Positions 26,605 to 40,415 of a DNA stretch of 64,000 bases are shown here, piece after piece. The stretch is taken from contig NC_087436.1 in assembly GCF_036321535.1 (NCBI RefSeq), forward strand, positions 70,682,001-70,746,000, read 5' to 3'. How positions within the stretch are numbered: the stretch's first letter is position 1; each line of letters starts with the position of its first letter. The notes beneath the pieces are model-generated. The model was not told where the DNA came from and ran no database searches. It worked only from the letters and a program-made list of their open reading frames with translations. The translations under genes and the position numbers were made by a program. This DNA comes from Camelus dromedarius. Its lineage: Eukaryota.

Positions 26605-26766
26605 CCAACAAGTCCAAATCGAGGATGGTTTGTTCCACCATTTGGAGGAAACCCCTGGTGGGTGTACCTTGCAGCTGCTATCCCTGCTTTGTTGGTCACC
26701 ATTCTGATTTTCATGGACCAGCAAATCACAGCTGTGATTGTAAACAGGAAAGAACATAAACTCAAG
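26605..26766 (+). CDS. SLC4A4: SLC4A4 coding exon (162 nt): [54 protein letters not shown]
   Basis: ctcctcttcaag|CCA...AAG|gtaggt; SLC4 signature [11 protein letters not shown]. Confidence 0.98.
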
Positions 26767-27044
26767 GTAGGTAAATGTTCCTAACAATGATTATCATCGC
26801 CATCTACTTTCTTTGTAGCACTTGGAAATACTGATTCAAAGCCAACACAGTTTGGTTAGGAGTTCCATTATACCTAATGTTCTTTAAGACTTCCGTGTCG
26901 TAGATCACCCTGGGCGGACACATCTTTACAATATAATACTTTTGGAGAACCTCCTGTAAACCTGAAAAAGTCATTTCAAATCATACTTCCTTCGTGGTGA
27001 TTTTAATATGGTAACTACACTGATTTTAATGTGGTAACTGTCCT

Positions 27045-30000
27045 TAACCCAACAACAAATGCTTTTTCTGAAATTGAGATAAAAATTTGGGTTTTCTTCT
27101 TTAACCTGTTGATTTGTTGAGCTGTATTAATAGATTTTTTTATTGTTGAACCAACCTTGCAACCTGGTAGAATATAATTTCTTTTTTATACATTGTTGGA
27201 TTTTGTTTGCTAATATATATATTATAATATATAGTACAATAACACATACTGCTAATATATATATTGGACTTTTGCCTCTTAGTTTAAGAGTGACATTGCC
27301 CTGCAATTTTCCTTTCTTATAGTGTCCCTGTCTGATTGTGGTATTAGAAATATGCTCTCCTTGTGAAATGAGCTGGAGAGTATTTCTGCACATGTTCCAC
27401 TCCCATTCTCTGGAGTAGAATATTCTCTTTATTATGTATAACATGTCAAATAGCTTTTCTTTAAATGATTAGATATGTTGTAAAACTATCTGGGCCAGGT
27501 GGTTCCTGTGTGGAACTTGTAAAATGGTGATCAGAATGTTTTAATGGTTATAAAAAAATTCAGAATTTCTGTTTTTCAGTTGTAGTAACATACTTTTTCT
27601 AGGTTTTTTCATTTCTGTTACATTTTAAAATTTGTTGACATGGTTATAATACTATCATTTATAATGAATGTAATCTGAATCTGTTGTTTTTCCCTTTAAA
27701 TTCCTAAAATTATTGATTTGTGCTTCTTATTTTTCTTGATCAATCAAGCCTGTGGTTTGCTGTTTTATTATCTTTTATTTTAAGAGGCAATTTTTTTACT
27801 ATATTGATTTTCTATACTGTGTCTTTGGTTTTTTGTTAGAATTTGCTTTGTTTTGAAGCCAAGTACTTTTAAGTACTTCTACATTTATATTTAGTTTATC
27901 TTTTTAGTGAATTGGACTTTTTTTTGTGACTCTCTTTGTTCCTAGTCAAGCTTTTTACCTTAAAGTTTATTTTATTTTATATTAATAAAGCTGTGGTAAC
28001 TTGTAGTTTTCATTTGCCTGGTATATAGTTTTTCATTCTGTTATTTTCAGTATACCTTGTGTCTTGTGTCTCTTTGTAAATAACACATGGTTGAACTTTT
28101 CTAAAAATCCGTTTTTACAATCTTTGCTTTTAACCACGGTATTTAATGCATTTAAATTGATGGTGATGACTGATAGATCTGAATTAATTTTTACCACGTT
28201 TTTTGGCCTTCTATTTGTGTAACTTTCCCTGTGTTCTTTCTTTTTTTATTCTCTTTTATTGCCCTCTTTTAGGTTGATGCAGTTTTATTTTTCTTATTTT
28301 CTGTTTTCTTATTTTTTTCTGTTAGTTTGGAAGTTATGCACTTTATCTCTTAGTGATTATGTTGCATATTTTAATATGCATTTATGAATTTTAAAGTTTG
28401 TGAGTATTTTTATCCTTCTGAATAATCCTAAGGGCTAAAGAATGCTTTAAGTTTAGTATTCCTTCCCAGATCATATGCTGTTATTACCCAGGTTTTATTG
28501 CTGTCTGGATTTTAAAATCCAATTAATTAGATATGGTCATTATTTTTAGGATTACATACAAGTTTACATTTTCTTTTTTTTCTTTTCTTTTTCTTTTTCT
28601 TTTTTTTAAAATACATTTCAGACCTTCATTTTTGGACTATTTTCCTTTAGACTGAATTATTTCCCTTAAACAGTACTTATTTATTAGACTTCTGAAATTT
28701 CTTCCTGTGAGGGTCTTTGGGAGATAAACTCTCTCTTTTATATTTGCCTGAAAACATTTCTCTCACCCTCATTCTTGAAAGGTAATTTCTCTGGTTATAT
28801 AATTTTAGGTTGAAAGCTATTTTTTGCCAGCACTTAGAAGCTATTACCATTATTTTTGACTTCCATAAAAGTGAACTCTCAGGATAATTCTCATTCTTTT
28901 GTAAGTGATCATCTCTCTCTCTCTCTCTCTCTTTTTTTTTTTTTGAATGCTGTATCGTCTTCTTTTTTGTCTTTATTCTGGAGTTCTACTATAACTTGTG
29001 AAAGCATAAATTTCTTTATTTGACTTATTGGATTACTGGGCTTCCTGTATCTTCCTATCTTTCATCAATTATGGAATTTTTTAAGTCCTTGACTTTTTCA
29101 ATTTCTAATACATCCTCCTAGAATTCCAAGTAAAATTTTATTGTACATCCTTATCTTGTGGTCTGTTTCTACTAGCCTGTTTTGTTTTGTTTTCTGTGGT
29201 TTATACATTTCCTATCTCTCAGTCTCCGTGTTGTATTTTGGGTAATATCTTCAGATCTCTTTTTCTACTACTGTTGGTTTTATTCTCATATCAAACCATT
29301 CCATTGAATTTTTCTTTTCCAGAGTTATCTTTTTTATATTTAGAAGTTCTGTTTTGTTCTTTTCCAGATCTTCCTGTTCAGTTTTGATAGTCTCTAACTT
29401 CTTTATTACACTTTCATATACTTTTTTTTGTATATATATTTGCTGTCTTTGCAGGTTTGATTCTGAACTTTGTTTTTTTTTTTTTTGGCTTACTCTTTCT
29501 CCAAGTGTCTTTCTTCCTCATGTATTTAGTGCTTTTGTTTTTTAATTGTGAGCTAATAATCTTCCTATGAAATGCTTCAAAACCTTATTTTATTTATTCT
29601 TATGAAATATTTTTGATTATGGAAAGTTTTAACACATATACAAGTAGACAGTAGAGTATAACTCCAGTATTTATCACCCAGCTCTAACAATTAATCACTC
29701 CAGTCCAATCTTGAATCATTTAAATCTCCATTATCTTATCCCCTTCCTATAATACTTTGAAGTCAGTGCATACAACATTCCATAGCATCCATAAATTTTG
29801 GAGTATGTATTTCTAAACATAAGATCTCTTTTGAAAAGCATGACCATAATACTGTTACCGGTCTAAAAGAAGTTAACAAAATTCCTTAATATCATCAAGT
29901 ATCCAGTCAATATTTAAATTTATGAATATGCCGTGAATATAATAAACTTAAAAATATTTGTTTAAATCAGGATCCAAATACAGTTCAAACAGTATCTTAA

Positions 30001-30060
30001 ATCTTTCATAAACTTTTAGTCTGTAGATTCTCCTCGCCATCAGTTTGTTTCTCCTTGTAA
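27045..30060 (-). mobile_element. Old, degraded L1 (L1M-type) fragments, probably more than one element
   Basis: T-rich; aatgctttttctg...ttgttgaaccaaccttgca...ttggattttgtttgctaata...aaaactatctgggccaggt; ORF 27127..27444 keeps ILANKIQQCIKK / LQGWFN; L1M 3'-type sequence at 29600-30060. Confidence 0.75.
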
Positions 30061-30099
30061 TTTATCTGTTGAAGACTACCAGCTTGTTCTTCTGTTTAT

Positions 30100-30705
30100 G
30101 TTTTACTGTATAACAGGCCACCTGACAACTTAGCAAATTCAGACAACAATTTATTATTATTGCTCCTGTTTCTTTGGGTTGACAGGGCTCAGATGGATAC
30201 TTCTTGAGGTTTCTCCTACAGTTAGACAGTGGCTGGGACCAATGTCCTCTGAAGGGTTGACCAGGCTGATTGTCCAAGGACATCCAAGGCTTCTTCACTC
30301 ACTCACTTGTCTCGTATCTTGATATTCTTTGCTGTGAGTGTCTGCCTGCCTACCTGTCACTCTCTCTCTCTCACCACATGGCATTTCATCCTCCAGGATC
30401 TTTCCATGTGGCTTAGGCTTCTTGCAGCATGACAGCTGGGTTATTTGTACTTGCTTTACAGCAGCTGACTGCCATGAATTAAGACATGAAAAATGCTAGA
30501 CCACTTCATGGTTACACCTGCAACTGGCACAGCTTCTTTACTTTGCCAGAGTCAATTGTTGAAAACAGACACAAGGCCATCCTTCATTCAAGGAGGGGAG
30601 GAAGGACTCCACTGTTTGATGGGGGAATGACAGTTTCACATTGTAGAAAAATATTGGGACAGGAGATATTTTTCCAGCCATCTTTGGAAAGTAAAATCTG
30701 CCACA
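30100..30705 (-). mobile_element. Old MLT1 (J/K-like) LTR
   Basis: actgtataaca...caacaatttattattattgctc...gacatccaaggcttcttcactcac...gccatctttggaaagtaaaatctgccaca. Confidence 0.75.
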
Positions 30706-33700
30706 TTTGTACTGAAAAATTTGCAGTAGTCTAGATCGTGTTGATTTCTTCCCTAGTTTTGATGTTTTATATCTATCTATATATTTTTTGAAGGCAAGAC
30801 TAATTCATAGACGTCTAGGACCACTTCACACTACATTTTTGGCTTAAGGTTTTTCAGATTGCAGAGGTAATATGAATTCCAGCTCCAAACTCAGTTGTAG
30901 GTATATGGTTAGGCATGTCTTTGGAGATTCTATTTTTTTTTTTAATGGCATTACATCTAGTGGCAAGACCAAGAGTGGCATGTATCCCCACTATCTTTCT
31001 CCATAGGGTGGATCTTTTTCCTAAGTGACCAACTGAGTCACATCCTCAGCATTTAGAGGATCCAATTTTTTTTCAGAAGGTGTCTCCCATCTGTACCCTT
31101 TATCCCATATCCCTAGGATTGGTCTTCTGCCTTTAGAATTCACATGGTCATTCTAATCCATGCCTTAGACCCCAAGGATACCAGAGTCTTCCAGGCCCAG
31201 GCTCCAGGGTTTACTGATATTGTAGATTTACTCTTTCTTGTTGCCATTATTTTTTGCTTCCAATTATTTCTCTTACTTTCTGGCAGATAAGCCATGATTT
31301 CTATGAGATATTTTCTGTATTTTTTTTGAGCATTTTTAGATTTTCTATACTAGGAAGCATTTCTGAGTTGATTTAGTTTGAAAGGCTAGAAATAGATGTT
31401 GACTAATATATTTTATTCTGAACAATTTGGAAACATATTCTTACTTTTGTTATGTAGTTGGTCAGAGTTGCTTTGTGTCCTTGAAAGTAAATGCCTCTTC
31501 TTTTTTGCTCATTAAGTTTTCTTACTAATAAAATTCAGAATTTTGAATTTAGCAAATTTGGGATTGATAAAATATTGAGATTTTATTCTTCTTTTCCAAT
31601 GTAGAAAACATTGGAAAATCAAGGCATATTAGGATTTACCTCTTAAAACAAGAGTTGAGTATGTAAAAAATGCTTTCATCACTTTTGGAATTGCTTATTT
31701 GAAATCATTCCTTTGAATGACAATAGTTATAGAATAAATGCCAGTGTTTTGACACAAATCTAAAGATACCAGTTCAGATATCATCACGAATCAAAGGCTT
31801 TTCACTCTGAATATTGTTTTGTTCAAACTTTGTTATAAAAGGAGGCTGTGGAATGTGAAAATTGGATACGCTGTCTAAAATTATAAAGGGCTCTAACTGC
31901 TATAAAATTGATTCAAAAAAGAAACCTGAAACAGTGAGAGAGATAGAGGCATTGTGATATTAAAAGAAGCATGTTTTTGGGTGGCATTTGCTCTGGCTCC
32001 GTGTCAGGTGGCCCTGACTGGCTGACTGCTCTGTTTGGGATGGGATCCACCTTTCCACTCTGCAGAATAGCTCTATGCTGATGAGGAACGCCAAGGCACT
32101 TGGCTTTTTTTGGCCATCATTTTGGTTAGTTATGTCCCACATTATCCCTGCAGAGCACTCAAAAGCAAACCAGGTTCAGCAAGGTCATGACTTCCCCAAG
32201 GTCTTTCCCTGAGTCATTGCGGAGGCAGGAAGAGAGTCTGAGCTTCAGACTGCAAAGCAGGGGATGCTTCTCACAAGGAAAGTGATTTTAAGTGTTACAG
32301 ATAGGGTGTGGGAGGGAGAAGTAGCTTAGAATAGGTATCTAGAAATAGATATTAGGCAGTTGTAGCAATAAATTTTCTCTGATACACTCTATGGCAGAGC
32401 CCTCAATTTGCATGTGTTTTCTTGGGTAACTCCAAAATATGCCCTGTTTTAACTTTGCCTTTCTTTTCCTGCTATCAGACCTTAGATCCAGTCCTTTCAT
32501 TTCATGTCTAGACTGTTCTAATGGTTTAACCATGAGTTGACAACCAGTCTATCTTGCTTTGTTCTAAATATTTTTTTAAAGCATGGTTCTTAACATGTCA
32601 TTCCCATATTTCTAAACCTTTGTATTTTTTCTAAAAGATATAAAGACCCTCTAAACCTTTTCTCCTTAAAGAATGTCCATTTGCCCTGGCTTGAGATTTA
32701 AGCCTCTTTGTGATATAATGTCACCCTAAATTTAAAATGATTCTTTTCACATACTGTACAATGCCCTGGCCAAATGAATTCCAACTCTCCTCTCCATGCC
32801 TCAGTGATTACCACTTATCAAAATCTTCTCCATCCTTTAAGATCCTCCAGATAGAGACACTTGTCAGTGTAGCCTTCACTCATAATGTGATTTCTATTGC
32901 TCTTGTTTTTGCCCTGATTACGTTTGTATTACTCTGTGGCATTGGTCACATAATGACTTGCACAGTAGTTTTTTTGTGTAATTACCTATCTTTCTGGGCC
33001 AAAACGTTTTGAAGAAAAGGACCCTGTTTTAGTCCTCTTTCCAGCTCCCGTGTGGCCCATCACAGTGATTTCCATAGGCAGACTTAGTAAATGCATACTG
33101 AAGAATTCTGTTATCTTGGGCCACGTGGTTCTCAGAGTTGCTGTGCCATGTGAGATGCTTGAAGACCGCAGAGCATGCCAGCCATCTCCAGTTCTCAGAG
33201 TGAGTGCTTACATTATTCAAATCCCTGTTTAGATGTCATCACTGCAGGAAGTTCTTGTGGGTTCACACTAGGCACAGTTAAACACTCTGTCCTCTTGGGT
33301 GTCTTTTTCAGACCTCTTTGAATCTCTGTTTAGAGTACATTATAATCTGTGTACAAATCTGTGTCGCTTCCCTTGGTGGAAGGAACTATGCCATGGTTCT
33401 CAGCATCCCCATGAGCCAACTTGTCTGAATCACTCGGGGGAGCTCCTAGCATGAATGTTTATTCTATGTCTGTGCACATGTATGCACTGCTCCTGACCCC
33501 TTTCTTCCCATTCATTTGCCAGAGGTAAACTTCAGGCGGTTAGGCTAGTCTCTATCGTGGGTTTTGATTTCTGTGTATTTTATTCCTAACTGACTTGCAT
33601 TCTGTATTAGCAGATTATATACAATATCAGAAGAAAGTTAAGTTTCACTTCCTATCCTTGTTCTTAAAATAATCTCCAGCTTCAGAAAGTAGAACATCCC

Positions 33701-34017
33701 TTGGATTTATATTCATGGAGACAAGGACTTTTATAAACTTTAAAGGACGTACTTAACCTTCTGGACATCTATTGAGTCCTTGCTATGTATGGAACGCTTG
33801 CGTTAGATGTTGAAGATAAAAATTGTTCTACATTACGGTCTGTGCCCTGAGGTAGCTTAGTGCCTTTTCCCTGTTCATCACTCACATCCACCACCAGGTT
33901 GGAACTGACCTTGTCTTGTCTTCTGTGTGCCTTGTGTCTTACACATACAATAAGGTATTTGCTTCCATATCTGGCTTCAACTAATAATCTGTTACGAGGG
34001 CAGGTATTCTGTCTTAT

Positions 34018-34492
34018 TTTTTTAAATTTTTTATTGAAGTATAGTTGATTTAAAATGTTGTATTAGTTTCTGGTGTACAGCATAGTGATTCAGTTACACA
34101 CATATATATTCTTTTTCATATTATTTGTTATTATAGGTTATTACAATGGATTGAATATAGTTCCCTGTGCTATACAGTAGGACTGTGTTTTTTTAATCTA
34201 TTTTATATATAGTAGTTTGTATCTACTAATCCCAGACTCCTAATTTATCCCTCCCCCACCTTTCCCCTTTGGTAACCATAAATTAGTCTTCTTTGTCTGT
34301 AAGTCTGTTTCTGTTTTGTAAATAAGTTCACTTGTCTCATTTTTTTTAGATTCCACAGATAAGTGATATCACTGTGATATTTGTCTTTCTCTGTCTGACT
34401 TACTTCACTTAGTATGATGTTCTCTAGGTCCATCCACATTGCTGCAAATGGCATTATCTCATTCTTTTTTATGGCTGAGTAGTATTCCATTG
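34018..34492 (-). mobile_element. L1 3' end (camelid/cetartiodactyl type), 5'-truncated
   Basis: ttttattgaagtatagttgatt...; ORF 34245..34682 contains L1 ORF2 C-terminal MEYYSAIKKNEIMPFAAMWMDLENIILSEVSQTEKDKYH. Confidence 0.93.
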
Positions 34493-34720
34493 TCTTACTC
34501 ACTGTTTTATCTAACACAAGGCCTAGCATAGAATAGGTGTTCAATGAATGTTTATTCAAAAATAGTTTTCCAAGCAAAGATATGAGCAAATGCAAAGACC
34601 CCGAGGTTGGCAGGAGCTTGGTGTTTTGAGGAACAGCTAAGAGGTCAGTGTGACTGGAATTTAGGGGAATTAGTGGATTCAAGATAAGGTCAGTGAGAGT
34701 GGGGCCACATCACTGTAGGA

Positions 34721-34940
34721 CAAAGGCTCTCAGCCTCTCCGCATTATTGACATTTTGAATCAGTCTTTGTTGGTCGTGACTGTCCTGAGTATTGTAGTCT
34801 GTTTAGCAGCATCTCTGGCCTCTATCTGCTAGATGCCAGTCTCACCCTCTCCCCCCAAAGTTGTGACGACCGAAAGTGTCTCCAGACATCACCACTTGTC
34901 CCCGGGGGGGTGGGGGGAATAGTTCTGGGAAGAAACACTA
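34721..34940. mobile_element. MER20-like hAT-Charlie MITE inserted in L2
   Basis: attgacatttt...gtttagcagcatctctggcctctatctgctagatgccag...gttgtgacgaccgaaagtgtctccagacat; degenerate 8-bp TSD ctgtagga/gtgtagaa. Confidence 0.88.
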
Positions 34941-35868
34941 GTGTAGAACTTTATGGATGATTTTACAGTGCTTAGGTTTTATTCTAAGTGAAATGAGAAG
35001 CCACTGGAGAGTTTTGATCCGGGAAGTGCCATGTAATGATTGAGATTTTAACAAGATTGCTCTTTTTAAAAGTCTGGAGAATGGGATGTCAGGGACAAGA
35101 TTGAAGCAGGGGCTTCTGTGGCTACAGTGGCCTTGAGGGCGGAGAGTTGCTGGGTGGATATGGAGGAAGCAGGGGAGCTCGAGCTGGACCTTGAAGGGAC
35201 AGGATGGATTTAAACAAATGGCAAGATGGGAAAACAGAGTACAGGTTTGAAGAGTGGCGCATAACGTGCAAGGCATGTTTAGGGAATGGTACCGTTTCTG
35301 GAATCCTTCAGGGCCCCCATCAGAGACTCAGATGCGTGAGCCTCAGCGTGGGAAGCTGGGCTCGTCAGGACCTGCTCTGTTCTGCCTGGCCTCCTACTCT
35401 CTCACTGGCCTCCCCTGATCCCTTGACATTCCAGTCTGGATGGATGGCTTCAGAGCCCCGCTTTAGGCATTTCCTCTGGCAGCAGTAAGGATGGATGGGG
35501 GAGCTGCAGGAAAGGAGGCAGGTGGAAGGAGCGGTCAGGTGGCCTGTGTATGATCCAGGAGATGATGAGAGGAATCTGAAAAAGGCAGCGGCAGTAGGGA
35601 GAAGGGGTAAGGAACAAAAGGTTTCACATGATATTACAGAAAAATGCTGTTTCTTTGTATTTCTTAGATTATTATTTCCATTAGAAAGTGCCAACTATCT
35701 GAATATTATTTTCATTCCATTCAGATCTACTTATTCAGATACTTTTAGCTAAAAGAGATATCTCATAAGTGGCTTATATTCATATGTATAGATTTGTTTT
35801 GCAGGAATGACTTCTTTAACACAGCCATTCGAGTTCTGGGGTCTTTATGGCACTAGTTAGTTGCATAG

Positions 35869-35956
35869 TTTTTTTTTTTGGAGGAGGCTCTGGGGATTGA
35901 ACCCAGGACTTCGTGCGTGCTAAGCATGTACTGTACCCCTGAGCTATACCCACCCC
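35869..35956 (-). mobile_element. tRNA-derived SINE (Vic-1-like), short
   Basis: T-tract + ggggattgaacccaggacttcgtgcgtgctaagcatgtactgtacccctgagctataccc. Confidence 0.85.
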
Positions 35957-35974
35957 ACCTTGAGCATAGCTTAA

Positions 35975-38885
35975 CCATTCTGTTCAACAAATATATCTCC
36001 CGAGTTTACTGTGTGTAGGACACTGTATGACACATTGCAAGCCTTGAACACGGAAATCTGGGAAAATAAATTCATTGCTTTTCCCTCTTCAGTCTCAGCT
36101 CCTTAACATCTCTCCCATCTGCCCTTTGCCTTTCCCAGTGCTGTTACTTCAGTTTAAAGTACATCATCTCCAGCCTGGATGATGGCTGCATTGTCCTGTG
36201 TGTCATTGCTGCCTCCAGTCTTGTTCACTTCCAACCCTTCCATCCTTCTAAACAGAAATCTGATCATCTCACTGGCCTGCTTCAAACTCTTCAGTGCCTT
36301 CCCGTTGCTCTTATGATTAAAAAAATTCCAAAGCCTTTGGCCAAACAGCCAAGTTCTTAACTTCTTTAGCCTTATTTCCTACCTTTCTCATCTCCTCCTA
36401 TGCAGCAACTCTAGTTAATTTCCTCAAAATGGCAGCTCTTTGCCTGTGTTTTGTCCCTGCTTCCCTGCTTCTTGTCTCCCAGCTGGTTATGGCTCATGTT
36501 TCAGGACTCAGTAAATACCACCCTGTATATGCAAACCATCCCTGACTCTGGGCTGAGGTGAGTACCCTTCCTGCGTGCAGCCATGGCAGGAGCTCACCCC
36601 TACTGTAGACCTGTAACTCTGTTGTATTGAGAATGTCTGTTGACTTGTCCAGCTTTATGCTGCTATGCTATAAACCACTGGAAGGCAAGGAATGTGTATT
36701 ACCTATAGTGTTACTTCTAGGATCTAGCAGGGTGCCATTGAACAGATGAATTAACATTCATTCATTTATCCAACGAATGTTTATCTAGTGTCCACTCTGT
36801 GGGGGGCACTGTGCCATGTGCTGGAGTGTCAGTGGTGAACAGAAATACACATGGTCCCTGTCCTCACAGAGCTTCTGGTCCCTGAGGGAAAGAGGCATCA
36901 TTCAGAGGATCATGCAGAATGTGACATGGCACATGTGTCTGGTGCTGTGAAAGAGAGGTGAAGGGGCTTTAAGAGCCTATAAGAGAGAGTTTGACCTAGT
37001 CCAGGAGGTGCTGGGAGTTTTGCGGTGGTGTCACTTACACTGAGACCTCACACCTTAGTGGGACTTAGCTGAGTGAGGCTAGGTGGGTAGGGTGCTCGAG
37101 GAGGGCACCAGAATCCCTGTGTATGACCGGCTTTATAAGAGGAGGTAACCTGGCAAGAATGAATGACTGAAGTAACCCAGTGTGGCTGCTAGGAGAGAGA
37201 GTCAGAGTTGAGTCTGGTGAGGGGACTGTGCAGAGGCAAACCAGGCAAGGCTGTCAGGTCCTACTGCTGATTTCCCCTTCTTTGTAAAGAGCATCAAGCA
37301 GACTTAGCATGGCTGAGGGAAAGGAAGACTTTTTGATGACAGTAATGTCAAGAGGCGCCGAGTAATTATGTGTCTATAATTATGATTATTTTGTTCCAGA
37401 ACTTTTATTTATTCCAGTGGTTTTGCGGCTACCTTTGTATATACTTTCTAAAATCCTCCTCCACCCTCTTTGGTATCATGCAGCCCCTTTTTTGCTAGTC
37501 TCTAGGATATCTAGCTCAAACTCATTTTACTTGAAATAGTTTAAGAAAGCATGGAGACAGCTCAGGGTAGCAGGAATGATTTTTTTCTGCAACCACTATT
37601 CTTTTGACTTGTTGATCTGGCCAGTTTACACATACTTAGGTTATTGCAGTTTCCTTGGTGACAAGATTTGGGGATCCTGCCCATCAGTTACCTTGTTGGT
37701 ACCTCTACTATGGTCTTGAGTGATTTAGTCTAAGTAGGTCTGGAAACTGTGTGGCATTTCCAGATACTGTCCACCTCCCCACTTGTCCCCCAAATGGGTC
37801 ACATTTCTACCAATTAACAAATCAAGTTTTAATTTTTATATAGCTAATTGAGAGTTTGTAGTTGCCATTCAGAAGACTGTACACGTACTATTTGTCATTT
37901 ACTTTTTAATGAACATTAACTGTGCACTGACCACACAGCATGCACTCTGCTTAGGTATTCAGGATACAGTCCAGTTCTTCCTGTTACCTATAGTCTAATG
38001 TCAAAGACAGATAAATACATCTACAACTTTAAACCAGTGTGATGAGTGCTGTATTAGAGGAATGTGTGAAGTGACAGACAGGGAAACATAAAGGAGACCT
38101 CACCTACCTGAGACTCACCTATCTCACCTGGACCAAGGAAGGAAAAACTACCAGAAAAAAAAAATGAAGGCTGATTTAAGTCTTAAGGAAGAGTAGGATG
38201 GAGCCAAGGGAAAAAGAAGGAAGAGTAGAGGTTATTCCAGGTAGGGGGTGCTATATGGGCAAAGACACAAAAGGCATTAGTGACTAAGACACATTCAGGG
38301 AATTGCATGTGGTTGAAAATGGATGTGACATAGGATCCAGGCAGGGGAGAGGTCGAAGATGAGACTGCAGATGTGAACAGAGGCCAAATCGTGAATGGCC
38401 TACAGATCCACAGGCAGGAGTGAGCACATCCTGTAGGTTTCACCTTAATGTATAGCTGGAGTCACCCACTTCCTGCCGTCTTCATTGGTACCACTCTGGT
38501 TCTAACCATCACGATCTCTTGCATGGATCATGGCAGCAACCTCCCAGCTGGTCTCACTGTTCTCTTCAGTCTGTTCCTACTGCAGCAGCCATGGTGTTTA
38601 GAACTAAGCCAATCATGTCATTCTTCCATTTGAAACCCTCCAGTGGCTTCCAACTATACTCAGAATACAGGCCCAAGTTCTTACAGCTCTCCGTAGTGCT
38701 TATTACTATTTTAGATACTGTGTAGTTTACTTATTTATGTTGTTTATTGTTGTCTCCCTCAGTAGAATAGAAACTCACGAGCACAGGAATCTGTCTGTTA
38801 TGTCTGCAAATGTGTCACACCACCTAAGCCTGTACCTGTTAACAGGTCGGCAGTCAGAATTTGTTGAAAGAACGAATGACTGAGA
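35975..38885. mobile_element. Cluster of L2 fragments in alternating orientation
   Basis: L2 3' ends (attcattcatttatccaacgaatgtttat; gaatttgttgaaagaacgaatga) and internal motifs (aaatctgatcatctcact, aaaccctccagtggcttcc, ttccaggtagggg). Confidence 0.7.
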
Positions 38886-40236
38886 CCTCAGATACATCAT
38901 GATATTCACCTCATTAGTCACTCCTGAACAGGTGATCTCAGCCCCTCCTCCTCTCTGCCCTCCTTTCCCCAACCTTAACCCACTCCCAGTTCAAACCCTT
39001 GTGCCTTCAAACCATTTGTACTGAAATGAACTGGTTTTATGAATATATATTAGCCCATTTGTCTTTTAAGGAGATATATGCTCTTAGTCAAACCTGGACT
39101 AAGTAAAAATACACTTTTCTTTCTTGTGTCAGCTCCCCTTGCCTGTGATGAGTTCTCCGAGAACATGATTAGACCCATGTATGTGAGCCAGGGGTGGAAT
39201 CCTGGCGTGTCAGTTAGAAGAGAGCACTGCCTGAGGAACTGTAACAGGATCTGAATGATAGCAGTCACCCGGCTCCTAGTGTAAAGCCCGTTCTGACTTT
39301 AAAGCCGACCTCTCCATCCCCCAGATTGGTCCCACGCTGGCTCTTAGCTCTGCTGCTCCCATGCTGTGAAAATGGACTGCTCTGTTTTCTGAGACTCCAT
39401 AGGGGTGTTAGGCATTGGATTTCTTCATAAACAGAGCGGTGAAATAGAACCATAGAACAACATTGTGGATACATTGAACGATATTTATTTAGTGAGTAAA
39501 AGAGCTGGACCTTTGGTTACCTTGTCTGCTCTTCCAGTCAGTAAATGTTATTGTGAGCATCCCACAATGTTTGAAATCAGCCTCTTCTCATTAAGGGAGT
39601 ATAATTACCTTGATAATCATGTTTAATAGATTGTTAAACGATTATTTGCATATACCATGAAAGGTAAGAAGCCGTGTTCTGTGTACTTTCTTAAGGTTGC
39701 TGTCAGATCGTTCGTCTGCGTGTACTGAATCCAGCCTAGGTGAACAGCAAACTGCTGAAAAGTCACACAGAGAAGGCATAGCTTTTAAGGTGTTTGTTGT
39801 GCTTCTGTTAAAAACAACTAATACGCTCTGGCTACTATCACCATTTACTGAGCTCAGCACCGCCATTTAAGTTCGCACAGAATACTTTCCCTCAGTTACT
39901 GTATTGAATGGTCTCAGTAACTCTTCAGGGTAGCTATATCTCCACGGTTCTGATCACATGACTGGACACAGAGAGGATAAGTAGCAATAAACAAATAATG
40001 AGCTGAGACTTACATCAGGCTGGAGGAGATGTCATGTGGTTGCTTTGTATTGAATTGTCAGAGGGACAGTATGAAGAAGGGGAAGTTTCCTCATTCAAGG
40101 AGCTAACCTTCTAATAGTTATATTTATCACGCAAAGTGAGTTGATTTCTTTCAATGATCTTAACTCCCATCTGGACATATGACTGGAGAGCAACCTGAGT
40201 ACTCTCTCCACATGGTTTTGTTACCTCTTGCTGCAG

Positions 40237-40415
40237 AAAGGAGCTGGGTATCACCTGGATCTCTTTTGGGTGGCCATCCTCATGGTGGTGTGCTCCTTCA
40301 TGGCTCTTCCGTGGTATGTGGCTGCCACTGTCATCTCCATCGCTCACATCGACAGCTTGAAGATGGAGACGGAGACTTCAGCACCTGGAGAACAACCGAA
40401 GTTTCTCGGAGTGAG
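40237..40415 (+). CDS. SLC4A4: SLC4A4 coding exon (179 nt): [59 protein letters not shown](R)
   Basis: ctcttgctgcag|AAA...GTGAG|gtaggt; matches ORF 40228..40419; ends with 2 nt of a split codon. Confidence 0.98.

Noticed and set aside
26998..27039. 19-bp direct repeat tgattttaat(a/g)tggtaact, period 23
   Set aside because: Only two copies; a simple local duplication at an L1 edge, not an array.
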